A stretch of 64,000 nucleotides of DNA from Octopus sinensis. Its lineage: Eukaryota. The position numbers and the translations under genes were made by a program. Under the pieces are notes generated by a model. The model was not told the origin of the DNA, did no database searches, and worked only from the letters and a program-made list of their open reading frames with translations. The stretch lies in NCBI RefSeq assembly GCF_006345805.1, contig NC_043001.1, forward strand, positions 9,796,001-9,860,000, written 5' to 3'. Below are positions 1-11,861 of the stretch, piece by piece; position 1 is the stretch's first letter; every line of letters begins with the position of its first letter.

Positions 1-102
1 TCTTCCACACCATTATTGCTTCAGTTCCAACACACTCACGGTTCAAATCACTCGCCTGGCAAGAACCGGGGTTGATTTGCTCAACAGAAATCCTTTAGGA
101 TA

Positions 103-267
103 GGCGCAGGAGTGGCTGTGTGGTAAGTAGCTTGCTAACCAACCACATGGTTCCGGGTTCAGTCCCACTGAGTGGCATCTTGGGCAAGTGTCTTCTGCTA
201 TAGCCCCGGGTCGACCAATGCCTTGTGAGTGGATTTGGTAGACGGAAACTGAAAGAAGCCTGTCGTA

Positions 268-308
<41 letters not shown>

Positions 309-524
309 TTGTGTGTCTGTGTTTGTTCCCCGAACATCGCTTGACAACTGATGCTGGTGTGTTTACGTCCCCGTAACTTAGCGGTTCGGCAAAAGAGACC
401 GATAGAATAAGTACTGGGCTTACAAAAAATAATAAGTCCCGGGGTCGATTTGCTCGACTAAAGGCGGTGCTCCAGCATGGCCGCAGTCAAATGACTGAAA
501 CAAGTAAAAGAGTAAAAGAGAGAG
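103..524 (+). mobile_element. SINE family A (tRNA-derived head, CORE-like segment, central (TA)/(TG) microsatellite, 3' module), full length
   Basis: A-box-like TGGCTGTGTGG and B-box-like GGTTCAGTCC; 'ggcatcttgggcaagtgtc' resembles the CORE domain; ends with tgactgaaacaagtaaaagag; more than 15 related copies in the window. Confidence 0.9.
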
Positions 525-799
525 TAAGGTAGTGCTCCAGCATGGCCACAATCTGAGTGAGTGAAACGAGTAAATGCTAAAAGCTAAAGATCCTTATCTC
601 AGCTTTGATCATTCAACAGCAATCTTTATCCCCTCAATTTCCTGCCATTCATTTATGAGGCATCTTTCGGAGGATTTCAATTTTCCCCATTCATTCTTCC
701 AAACACTCCTCTCTCCTCTCTCTCCTCTCTTCAACACAAAAACCATTCCTTGTCAGGTTTCTTATCTCAACAAAGATGAGGATGCTCTTTACAATATTC

Positions 800-1280
800 C
801 TTCCTCTTAAATATTACTGCAAACTCTCTCACTTTCTCTCTCTCACTTTCTCTCTCTCCTCCTCTCTTGCATTCTCTTGCACTCTCTCTCTGGCTCTCCC
901 TCTCTTGCACTCTCTCTCTTTCTCTGGCTCTCCCTCTCTTGCACTCTCTCTCTTTCTCTGGCTCTTTCTCACCCTCTCTTTTTCTTTCTCTTTCTTGCTC
1001 TCTCTTACATTCTTTCCCTCTTTGTCTATCTCCCTCTCTCCTTGTCTTCATCTGTTTTCTCCCTCCTTCTCTCTCCCTCCTTCTCTCACTTTCTCTCTCC
1101 CTCTCTCACACTCTCTTGCTCTCTCTCTCTCTCTCTCTCTCTCTCTGGCTCTCTTCCTCTCTTTTTCTTTCTCTCTCTTGATCTCTCTTACATTCTTTCC
1201 ATGTTTGTCTCTCTCTCTCCCTCTCTTTGTCTTTATCTGTTTTTATTTTCGCTCACTCTCTCTCTCTCTTTCTCTCTCTA
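800..1280. repeat. Compound (CT)n polypyrimidine low-complexity tract
   Basis: Degenerate ctct/ctctt runs with short internal duplications. Confidence 0.95.
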
Positions 1281-1448
1281 TTGAGATGGTTGTTAGCGCC
1301 ATATTAAACTTGATAAAGTAGACTTGTTATATTATCAAAGACATTCTAACCATGACCATCATTTCTTGTTAACAATTCTTCCAGCCCACAGCCTTAATAA
1401 CAATAATAGCAACAACAACAACAACAACAATAATAATAATAATGCATT

Positions 1449-1632
1449 TAAATTTTGGCACAAGGCCAGCAAGTTTGCAGGAGGGGGTAAATTGATTACA
1501 TCAACCCCCAGTACATGACTGGTACTTAATTTATCAACCCCGAAAGTATGAACAGCAAAGCTGACTTTGCCAGAATTTGAACCCAAAACGTGCAAGAGAC
1601 AAAATGGCCATTAAGCATTTTACTCTGCCAGC
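1449..1632 (-). mobile_element. SINE family B variant, degenerate
   Basis: Reverse complement of the B-family core (gagttcaaatt...ttcggggttgataaattaagtacc...ggggttgatgtaatc). Confidence 0.7.
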
Positions 1633-1726
1633 TTATCACCTTAATAATGGTAATGTAACAGAGTGAGTCACTAATGTAAGTTGGAAGGAATATCTCCTAC
1701 ATGTAACATGTTCAAGTTGTAACATG

Positions 1727-1923
1727 TATAGTTCTGTATTTAAGAGATGAAGAATTATTTACATTATTTACATTTGACGGATATTTGTCCTCATCTTGTT
1801 TGTTGTTAACACAACATTTCGGCTGATATACCCTCCAGCCCTCATCAGGTGTCTTCGTGAAATTTCAGACCTGGGTTCTTATTCCAAAGGTATTTTTCAA
1901 TGTTGTTGTTGTTGTTATTATTA

Positions 1924-1959
<36 letters not shown>

Positions 1960-2015
1960 TCACTGCCTGGAATTGAACTCAGAATCTTGGGGTTAGTAGC
2001 CAGTGCTCTTAACCA
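1727..2015 (-). mobile_element. Hammerhead-bearing tRNA-headed SINE (HHR-SINE), clipped within the A-box
   Basis: Minus strand reads tggttaagagc...gagttcaattcc head, (AAT/AAC)n, the HHR, then the shared end aaatacagaact; aligns with 48576-48857. Confidence 0.85.
1808..1853 (-). ncRNA. Minimal type I hammerhead ribozyme motif (Penelope-like)
   Basis: GACAC CUGAUGA G GGCUG-gagggUaUaU-CAGCC GAAA UGU U GUGUU; core intact; stem I GACAC/GUGUU; stem II 5 bp. Confidence 0.75.
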
Positions 2016-2016
2016 T

Positions 2017-2147
2017 GGGCATATGGCGAAATGGTTAAGAGCATGGGCTACTAACCCCAAGATTCTGAGTTCGATTCCAGAAAAATACCTTAGGAATAAG
2101 AACCCAGGTCCGAATTTCCCCCAAACACCTGATAAGGGCTGGGGGGC
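2017..2147 (+). mobile_element. HHR-SINE with intact tRNA head, internal deletion and truncated ribozyme (CTGATAA)
   Basis: gggcatatggcgaaatggttaagagc...gagttcgattcc, then aaaaataccttagg...acacctgataagggctgg; head-to-head with the previous copy. Confidence 0.8.
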
Positions 2148-2174
2148 ACAAAACAAAGCACTCAATGGTTGATG

Positions 2175-2342
2175 TAAATAGGTTAGCATTAGGGAGACTG
2201 TCCAGCCATCGAAACCATAGCAAAGTAGACAATGGAGCATGATGCAGGCCTCAACATCATCAGATCCTGTCAAACCATTTAACCCATGCCAACGAGGAAT
2301 GTGGACTTTGATGAGTGATGACGATGATGATGATAATAATAA
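2175..2342 (+). mobile_element. Degenerate RTE 3'UTR/tail fragment
   Basis: gtcaaaccatttaacccatgcc followed by a (GAT)n tail; homologous to 60632-60800. Confidence 0.6.
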
Positions 2343-2351
2343 TGAACCAAA

Positions 2352-2665
2352 AGATACCCGTGCCGGTGACACGTAAAAAGCACCGTCTGAATGTGGCAGA
2401 TGCCAGCACCACCTGACTGGCGTCCGTGTTGGGGACACGTAAAAGCACCAACCGATCATGGCCGTTTGCCAGTCTCCCCCGGCCCCTGTGCCGGTGGCAC
2501 GTAAAAAGCACCCACTACACTCACAGAGTGGTTGGTGTTAGGAAGGGCATCCAGCTGTAGAAACACTGCCAGATCAGACTGGAGCATGGTGCAGCCTCCC
2601 TGGTCAGACCGTCCAACCCATGCTAGCACGGAAAGTGGACGTTAAACGATGATGATGATGATGAT
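2352..2665 (+). mobile_element. 5'-truncated RTE 3'UTR with 3 tandem 'gtgccggtggcacgtaaaaagcacc' units and (GAT)n tail
   Basis: Homologous to the 3'UTR attached to the RTE ORF at 60632-61640; ends ttaaacgatgatgatg. Confidence 0.85.
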
Positions 2666-3978
2666 TCCGAGTTTGATCCAGCCATGTGATCCACTGGACA
2701 ATTGTGTTTTCCTAAGGCCTCAGGCTGACCAATAGCCCGAGAGGCAGATTTTGATTGATGGAAACTGAACAGAAGCCCTTTATGTATCTGTTTCTGCGTC
2801 ACCGATCTAAAGAATGTAAATATTGTTGAGAAAACTGAAAAACAAAACTACAGCTGTTTGATTGAATTACAATAGTTGGCCAGCATGAAGTTCTAGGTAT
2901 TCCCTTGTCACTCTTGCCATCAGATTAGCAATAAACTATTGTTTGGCTTGCTGGAAACTTGTCATCAATGACACTGTTGCTCACCAATCACAACACACAC
3001 ATTATATACATGTATATATATGGTATGTATGTGTATATATATATATATGAATATCTATTAAATATTACTATTTAAGCCATTCTCTCCTTATCAGGAATAT
3101 AATGATGTATCGAATTGTTTACTCTGCTGTCCTCACCAATTTTAGTTCTGCCAAAGTACGAAGCCATACATTTTATTTCGCGTTAGTTGGATGTACAACT
3201 AATTAAAGACGTACGGTGTGTTAAAAAAACTTCCACTGGTTTATTGTTTTTGCCTTCCATAATGCAGTCCTTTACTTAACATCATATGATCATGACAAAC
3301 ATTTGAGATAATACAAAGAAATTTCTTCTACTCCAGATGTGAAAAATTAATACTATGGCGCCAGTAACTAATTTATCAATTCTCAAATGGAAATATTTAT
3401 GATTGATGCTTTACTCTAAAATATTAATTCTGTTATTTCTTCAAAACTTGAGAATCATTTTGTAATACTTTTCTCGTTGCATCAAATTAATAAGACTTCA
3501 TTTTCTTTCCAAATCATTCTCATCCTAAATTGCTGTGAAGAATTCAGATATAATTTTAGTTTTCTATCTTATCTACCATTCTCGTGTTTGCCTCATTCAG
3601 TAAAAAGATATTCAAACTAATGTATAACACTCACAGCATTCAACTTTACATGATTTTTTTTCTCTCTTTATTTTGCTCTTTCTTTTTTGTTGTTTTTTTT
3701 TTTGCTTTAGAAACTTTTCTCTCGTTTAGCATTACATTCGTATTTTTTCTCCCACCGGATTTAAACCAACACCTTCCATATCTCTGACATGTAATACTGA
3801 ATCACCAAAACCTGTCTCTAGCTTTCATGTAGAACCAAATCAACATTTGTCATATCTCATGTACTGCACTAAACCAGTATTCTTCTCTCTTTCTCTCTCT
3901 CTTTCTCTTTTTCCTTTCTACCCTCACTCTCTCTCCCTCTTTTTCTTTTCCTTTCTCCCCTCCTCTCTCTCTAAACAG

Positions 3979-4164
3979 CAAGCACTACTATTTAACCTTT
4001 CATATCCAGGCTTCATCCACACGCAATCTGGACTCCCCCACGCACACATCCCCTTCACCACCACCACAACCCTCACCTCTATGGACAAAAGCCTTGAAAT
4101 ATTATCCAATGATAACATGATCACACATTCTCCTTCAACAGATATAATTACAACCAATATTTAG
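3979..4164 (+). other. Candidate (terminal) exon of an unknown gene
   Basis: Long polypyrimidine tract plus AAACAG acceptor; open reading QALLFNLSYPGFIHTQSGLPHAHIPF... (alternative phase KHYY...HHHHNPHLYGQKP); no homology recognised. Confidence 0.2.
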
Positions 4165-4449
4165 GAGCTATTCTGACATTACATACTCCATATACATATA
4201 TGCAATATTCTACTAAAAGCCTTACAGATGCTACAACTGCTCAGCCTCACAATATCTGCTGATATTCCATGCTGACTTCTTTACATAACCTAGAAGAAAA
4301 AGCCATCTCCAAAGCAGTCGCCCTCAGGGCAATCTCTCTTTTTTTTTTTTTCATTTCTTTTTTTTTATCTCTCATTTTCATTTTATATATTGATATATCT
4401 TCTTTCCGAAACTCAATTGTATATTACTTACACAATTATATTCTTACAT

Positions 4450-4455
4450 ATGACA

Positions 4456-4486
<31 letters not shown>

Positions 4487-4490
4487 ATAT

Positions 4491-4533
<43 letters not shown>

Positions 4534-4709
4534 AATACATATACACACACACACACATATATGTACATAAATACATATATATGTATATACAAATATATAA
4601 ATACATATATATATACACACATATATAAATACATATATATATATATATACACATATATAAATACATATATATATATACACATATATAAATACATATACAC
4701 ACACACACA

Positions 4710-4749
<40 letters not shown>

Positions 4750-4775
4750 TACATATACATATGTGTGTGTGTATT
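4450..4775. repeat. Compound (CT)/(TA)/(CA) microsatellite with repeated 'acacatatataaatacatat' motif
   Basis: Direct reading of the sequence. Confidence 0.95.
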
Positions 4776-5316
4776 TCTTCATATTAACATGTAGGTAGAT
4801 ATTCTTAGGTGTATAGGCATTTCAGGTTCTTTCTCTCACAGTCTATATCCCTCTCTGTCTCTTTCCCTAACGTTTGTCACACACACAGAATAACAGCATA
4901 TGACGTCTATCTATCCCTATTTCTCCCTCCCTCTCTCTCTCTCTCTCTCCACACGCACACACACACACACGCACACACACACACACACATAGGGAATAGA
5001 TGAGAAGGTAATCACAGACAGCAAGGGATGTGACAAATGAGATGTAAATTATGAAGGAGGATGCTTCTGAAAAGAGGGACGGATGGAATAAGAAAAGGTA
5101 TGATGTGCGAGTGACATAGGATGAGAAGTGCTTCATGTGATGAGGCTGGGAGGAATATCTTGTAGTAGGAGTTAGACAATCGTCATTATGTCATAGACTG
5201 GGATGCATGAATATAATCATGTTTAACTCTTTTATGTACAGGACTGGTTGCCTGTCATTTTAAAATGTGTAGGCTTGCTACTCTGGGCCTGAAAATATAT
5301 TTGCTCCAAGACTGTA

Positions 5317-6163
5317 AGCTGGCAGAATCGTTAGCATGCTGGGTGAAATGCTTAGCGGTATTTCGTCTGCCGCTACGGTCTGAGTTCAAATTCCGCCGAG
5401 GTCGACTTTGCCTTCCATCCTTTCAGGGTCGATTAAATAAGTACCAGTTACGCACTGGAGTGAATGTAATCGACTTAATCTGTTTGTCTGTCCTTGTTTG
5501 TTCGCTCTGTGTTTGGCCCCTTGTGGGTAGTAAAATAATAGGTATTTCGCCTACCGCTACGTTCTGAGTTCAAATTCCGTCGAGGTCGACTTTGCCTTTC
5601 ATCCTTTCGGGTTGATAAATTAAGTACCAGTTACACACTGGGGTCGATGTAATCGACTCAATCCGTTTGTCTGTCTTTGTTTGTCCCCTCTGTGTTTAGC
5701 CCCTTGTGGGTAGTAAAGAAATAGGTATTTCGCCTGCCGCTACGTTCCGAGTTCAAATTCTGCCGAGGTCGACTTTGCCTTTCATCCTTTCAGGGTCGAT
5801 TAAATAAGTACCAGTTACGCACTGGGGTGAATGTAATCGACTTTATCTGTTTGTCTGTCCTTGTTTGCCCCTTGCAGGTAGTAAAGAAATAGGTATTTCG
5901 TCTGCCGCTACGTTCTGAGTTCAAATTCCACCGAGGTCAACTTTGCCTTTCATCTTTTCGGGGTCAATTAAATAAGTACCAGTTATGCACTGGGGTCGAT
6001 ATAATCAACTTAATCCGTTTGTCCTCTCTGTGTTTAACCCCTTGTGGGTAGTAAAGAAATAAGTACCAGTTACGCACTGGGGTCGATGTAATCGACTTAA
6101 TCCGTTTGTCTGTCTTTGTTTGTCTTCTCTGTGTTTAGCCTCTTGTGGGCAGTAAAGAAATAG
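5317..6163 (+). mobile_element. SINE family B: one tRNA head plus about 4.5 head-to-tail units of ~183 bp
   Basis: Units restart at ggtatttcg at 5357, 5541, 5724 and 5892; partial unit from about 6060; each full unit keeps the B-box gagttcaaattcc. Confidence 0.9.
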
Positions 6164-6654
6164 AAAATATTTTAGCTCTAATCATAGCAAGCACCTTTTC
6201 AAAGTTCAAATGCAAGCCATGCTAAGAATGATGTTTACATATCAGAAATGCTGCTGCTGTTACTACTGCTACTACTATAACACAAGGAATCATTGTAGAC
6301 CACACTTCTTAATAAATGGGTCATCCTGTTGATTGACATATTCGTTCGCCATCGCATTCTGCAATCACTGACCGATATGTGTGTTTACTGCTCTCTGCTT
6401 GCATTGTTGCTGCAGTAACTGTCACTTTGTACCTCTCAACTTAGAAGCTGCACACTGCTGCCCAATGAGTCAATCAACCTGCTAGAAATAGTAGCGACAT
6501 GTTCTTCAAATCACTGTTTTGAATACAAGGAAAATGGTGCTGAGGGCAATTTAATTCCAGGATATACTGAAAGAGATGATCAAGGGTGAAAGCTATTGGA
6601 TTAACCCCCTTCGTTGTAACATCTCTGTTGAAGAAATAAGCAGCCTTTGTGTGG

Positions 6655-6900
6655 TAAGAAGTTTGCTTCAGTGGGGTTTCAGGTTCAATCTCACTGAGTG
6701 GCATTTTGGGCAAGTGTCTTCTACTACAGCCTTGAGCTGATCAAAGTCATGTTAGAGGATTTGGTTGACAGAAACTGAAAGAAGACCATCGTGTACATGT
6801 GCATATATGCATATGTGTGTGTGTGTTCCCCACCGCTGCTTGACAATTGGTATTCATGTGTTTACAGCCCCATAGCTGAACACTGGGTGAGGGGTCAATG
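6655..6900 (+). mobile_element. SINE family A, degenerate
   Basis: ggttcaatctcactgagtggcattttgggcaagtgtc...gaaactgaaagaag...cttgacaattgg. Confidence 0.7.
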
Positions 6901-7240
6901 TAATTGGTTTATCCCATCACTCGAAATTGCTGGCCTTGTGCCAAAATTTGAAATTACTATTATTATTGTTGTTGCTGTTGTTGTTATTTCATAGACTTGA
7001 GACATCTGGCTCTGTTGCTGTATACTCGCAAGTTAGCTCTGATCAAGCAGATGCATGACTCACAGGCACCACACCTATTGGCTAGAGGCAATTCCCATAT
7101 CTATTATCCTATACCATAATCGTCCTGCTGCAGACCTGCTTCAACACTTAGACATACAGCAGTCACTATTACATGCTGTACAGTGAGACAGTCTACCCAC
7201 ACTGTGCTATTTCTCTCCACTGCCTGGCCTATTTCTGTAT

Positions 7241-7720
7241 GCATAAGATCTGGTCATCAAATCTAAGTAGAGACTTCAAACTTGAAATCTTCAAAGTCAC
7301 AGTCGAACCAATTCTACTATATGGCTCAGAAACCTGGTCGTTATCAAAGAAGCTGGAGAGGTGGTTGGATGGAACTTACACTCGCCTCCTTATGATAGCT
7401 CAAAATCTCTTGTGGAAGTGTCATCCAACCAAAGTACAAATATATGGGAAGTTACCACCTGTATAATCTCTTGTGAAAGGTAGAAGAGTCCAGTTTGCTG
7501 GACATTGTTGTAGAGCTGAAAACGAGGTAATTTCTACTCTTCTCCTCTGGAAGCCATCTGCTCATGATACCAGAGGGTGCACACTCTCCTACCCTGATGT
7601 AATCTCCAGGGATACAGGCATCCAGCAACAGGACCTCTGTAATGCTCTGATGGACTGTGAAGTCTGGCATAACATAGTAAATTCCATTGTCTCGACCACG
7701 GTCAAACAATGATGATGATG
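7241..7720 (+). mobile_element. RTE-like LINE 3' fragment (RT C-terminal region), family 2
   Basis: Translates as ...PILLYGSETWSLSKKLERWLDGTYTRLL...RRVQFAGHCCR...; one in-frame stop; (GAT)n tail. Confidence 0.85.
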
Positions 7721-8299
7721 AAGGTCTAGTGCTATCTACAGCAGAAACGGATTAGGACAAGAAATGGATTAGGACAAGATGGGTTTAGAGCATGAGTGTG
7801 AGTGAACATTGATACAGTTCAAGACCATGCTACAAATTGCAGCCAAATGTTCTAAATATTTACTAATCCAGTTACTTTTAAAATGGCTGAATATAAAGTC
7901 TAATTTCTCCTGACTCTATAAAAAGTTGGTGGGAAGAAATATGGTTGCATGTCTGGGATAAGAATGGTGACCAGTTAATGGAAATTCCAGCCTGTTTTTT
8001 TATTCTTCAGGGCATCAACCTGTAACTGAATCTTCGTTGCATTTCTTTCTCCTGTCAGCGCTGTTCTAAAAAAGCTGTGGGTGTTGTTTCACATATGTCT
8101 GCTTGTAGGAAACTCTTTCCTGTCACTGTTTATTTCTAGTTGACACATTGCACTCAACTAATTTCTATGGAAATGTCCACTTACTTACACAACTTTCAAG
8201 AAAATGGCAGCATTAGAAAAATATAAGCCATAAAAAGAAGGAAAAAAACATCACATATGCCTTAATGAATAGACAAACCAAAAAGAACATCTTCACTTC

Positions 8300-10200
8300 C
8301 ATGTTTAAGAGGCGTTTATAGTCTGTAGAATTTATAGTCTATAGAATTTATTCATTTCTTTGTTTTTACAACTTGAGTATTTTCTTTTTATTTGGAAACT
8401 GAACAGGAATTTCGTCAGTTAAAAGGCCTGCGTAGTCTTTTGATTTCTCCTTTCGTTTAAGCAGAAACCAATTTATTTGTATCGTATATCATGCCAGATA
8501 ACATCTTCTAAGACAGGTCAGATAATTCATTATCCTTCTTAAAAATCTTGATTTGCAATTATCTGTAAAATCCAATTTAATGGCTATTCTTTTAGGTAAT
8601 ATATATTTTTGTATTTATTCACGTTTTCTTTTTATTATATTAGTAATTGAAAAATAAATCTTTTTGTTTTTAAAATTTGTTTTTGATGTTTTTCTACCAT
8701 TTCAACCATTAAGATTGCACTAGTAGTGGAATCAGTTAATTCACCAATATAACATTAATCAGAAAAATCTCTTGTTAATTCTTCAGAGATGATAGGCCTG
8801 ATGTAGTGACCTATTCTTATTTTATAGTTAAGAAAACAGTCAGAGTGATTAGGTAATCTCAGTGTAAAGTGTTTTCTTCTAAATGCTTTCAGTTTAACAA
8901 TTTTAAAATCATAGAACTTATTAAAAACTTCCTCTTGGTGAATACTGTGCTGTGACATGGAGCTAAAACAAAAAAAAAAGATGCTTGGTAAGTGAAAAAT
9001 ACATTACCTTCAAGTCAGACTGTTCTTCTTTGAGAAAGTCAGTAATGAAGAACTAAGCATTGATAAGCCACTTTTGGTGAGCTGGCTGAAACGTTAGCAC
9101 GTCAGGCGAAATGCTTAGTGGTATTTCGTTTGCCGTTACGTTCTGAGTTCAAATTCTGTCGAGGTCGACTTTGCCTTTCGTCCTTTCGGGGTTGATTAAA
9201 TAAGTACCAGGTATGCGCTGGGATCGATATAATCAACTTAATCCGTTTGTCTGTCCTTGTTTGTCCCCTCTGTGTTTAGCCCCTTGTGGGTAGCAAAGAA
9301 ATAGGTATTTCGTCTGCCGTTACACTCTGAGTTCAAATTCCGTCGAGGTCGACTTTGCCTTTCATCCTTTCGGGGTCGATTAAATAAGTACCAGTTACGC
9401 ACTGAGGTCAAAATAATCGACTTAATCCCTTTGTCTGTCCTTGTTTGTCCTCTCTGTGCTTAGCCCCTTGTGGGTAGTAAAGAAATAGGTTAGAAGCTGT
9501 GAGAGTGGAAGAATATCATTCAGAAGAAGATGCACAAAATAAGAAACCAACCCCTTGTGACGCCATTTTCTGGTTTCATACAAGAAAATGGTGCACATTT
9601 GAATAGAGAAGTGATTTTAAATCAAGATTTACATTAAAAGATTAGGCAGTCGAGGTAGATTAATTACTAGATTACACAATAAAACAATGGCTTAGAAAGT
9701 TTAGAAGGAAGTAAAATGGAATTAAATCTGAAGGTTGAACATAAAGTTTAAACTAGATTAATTTTGTGGCCGAAGAAGGAGAGACAAGAAAGCATTCAAT
9801 ATCTTGCAGAATAGTGTGAATCTGTTTGAATGTTACACATCCTCGTTTGAGGAAAAACCAAGAATTCAGTGAGAAAGGAGTGGCGTAAGAATAATTGAGG
9901 TATATTTTCAGTACGAGGTTTTGAAGATGAAAGACGGGGACTGGTAGAGGGGGAGGGGTAGTATTTACTCCCATCGTGATAAAGAATTACAAAATAGATT
10001 GGCCAAAGAGATTATTCGAGAATTGGCGTGTGTAAGGCATTTAGGAGTCTTGTTTTGGAGAATTGTGGGATTTTCGAAATTAATTCCCTAATTTGCTGAA
10101 GGATTCGGGTTTAAATATGAAACAGAGCTGTTGAAGATATCATCAATGACTGGTGTTTAAACTGAATTATCAGGAGCTACAAACTCAAATGGAATGATCT
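8300..10200 (-). pseudogene. Possible decayed coding sequence (probably TE-derived), interrupted by a SINE at 9076-9490
   Basis: Long mostly-open minus-strand frames with scattered stops (e.g. IQKYILPKRIAIKLDFTDNCKSRFLRRIMNYL); no microsatellites; not identified. Confidence 0.25.
9076..9490 (+). mobile_element. SINE family B, head plus 2 tandem units
   Basis: Units start at 9121 and 9304; ends aaagaaataggt. Confidence 0.9.
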
Positions 10201-10213
10201 ATAAAAGGGCCAG

Positions 10214-10425
10214 TGTAAGGATCATAATAACTGTAATAATCGTAAGGATCATCATAACTGTAATACTTGTGAGGATTATAGCTGCATTCATTGTAAGGAT
10301 CATAATGAATGTATTGTAAGGATCACAGCAAATAATTATAATAATCATAAGAGTGTAATAATTGTAAGGATCACAAGAAATAATTATGACAATTATTAGA
10401 GTGTAATAATTGTAAGGATTATAAC
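10214..10425. repeat. Degenerate ~27 bp minisatellite (tgtaaggatcataataactgtaataat)
   Basis: About 7 recurrences of tgtaaggat/tgtgaggat. Confidence 0.8.
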
Positions 10426-10789
10426 CGCTGAAAGTGTTAGGGGAGAGTCATAAAGGGAAAACTGGCATCTAATACAGTATATCACATGCTATGCTACAAC
10501 AAGCAGTGGAGGTGGTCATCATTCTCTTTGAATGTCACGTTACAGACAATGACACAGGTCAGTTATTCCAATATGTGTCAGTGCAGATAAAACTTCTGAG
10601 GAAAACATTTTGTTGTGTCTTGTCCAGAAAGTACGGTGACCTGGTGTCTGTTCTTGATATTCCCATAGTCACCATTCTCCAAGAAAGCTAAATATTCTAG
10701 CGATATTTTATTCATTGGACTCAAGAAATATAAGCAGTGATAACATTTGGTGCATGTTAGGATGAGGGGAGAGATTTTGGCTTGCTTGG

Positions 10790-11005
10790 AAACAGGAGTG
10801 AGTTAGTGTTGGTGACAGGATGAGCATCCAACTGTAGGAAAATCTCTTGTTATGGATTCTGTCAGATTTATTATGCAAACATGGAAAAATAGACATTAAA
10901 ACTATGATGATGATGATGACGATGATGACAATGATGACGACAATGATGACGACGATGATGACGATGATGATGACGATGATGATGACGATGATGATGATGA
11001 TGATA
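10790..11005 (+). mobile_element. Degenerate RTE 3' tail with expanded (GAT/GAC)n
   Basis: gtgttggtgacaggatgagcatccaactgtagg...catggaaaaatagacattaaa followed by (GAT)n. Confidence 0.65.
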
Positions 11006-11545
11006 TTTAGCATGGGGTTATGCTGCATGAAATACAAGTTTATATTGATTTATACAATTATTTTTACTACCATAACAATAATGATAATAATATTATAATG
11101 ATGATGAAGATGATGATGATGATGGTGGTGATGGCATTAAATGGCATCGATGATAATGATTGTATTTCTCTTTGATTAAAAGCAGAGCAGAAAATGAAAG
11201 GTTTTAGCATCATTACATTAAATAAATGTGGAATCTGGATTTTGGAATATGATGAGGAATAAATTGATGTAAGCAGATTTTCATAGGATTTAAAATGAAC
11301 TTTGGAAAATGTGAAACAAAAAACAAAAAACAAAAAAAGAAACCCTCTCTGGATGTTAGTTGTCAATTATAAATTGCAATCTTGACAAGTCACAGTGGTA
11401 CCATTTAAACTGTAACAAATGGATGGGAGAATTCTTCCGAGTTCAGGCAGTGCAAACGGATAGCAGTCACTCATAGATTAATTAACAACGCATTAGATAA
11501 TTGAACGCACGTGTGTGTGTGTGTGTAATGCATATATATATTTTT

Positions 11546-11756
11546 TTCTTTTACTTGTTTCAGTCATTTGACTACGGCCATACTGGAGCAGTGCCTTTAG
11601 TCGAACAAATTGACCCCAGGACTTATTCTTTATAAGCTTAGTACTTATTCTGTCGGTCTGTTTTGCCAAACTGCTAAGTTATGGTTACATGAACACACCA
11701 ACATCCGTTGCCATGCAGTGGTGGGGGGGACAAACAGACACACAAATACATACATA

Positions 11757-11800
<44 letters not shown>
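11546..11800 (-). mobile_element. SINE family A, 3' half
   Basis: ttttacttgtttcagtcatttgact...gacaaacagacacacaaa. Confidence 0.85.
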
Positions 11801-11861
11801 GTAGAATATGTATGCCAACCCATGCCAGCATGAACGACGGCCATTAAACGATGATGATGAT

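Noticed and set aside
767-1321. SL-rich and RE-rich ORFs, and the many YI/CV/HT ORFs elsewhere
   Set aside because: Translations of (CT)n, (TA)n and (CA)n microsatellites that lack stops by composition.
8380-8700. Recoded ORF (TGA read-through or alternative genetic code)
   Set aside because: The same frame also contains TAA and TAG stops; simple decay or chance is more parsimonious.
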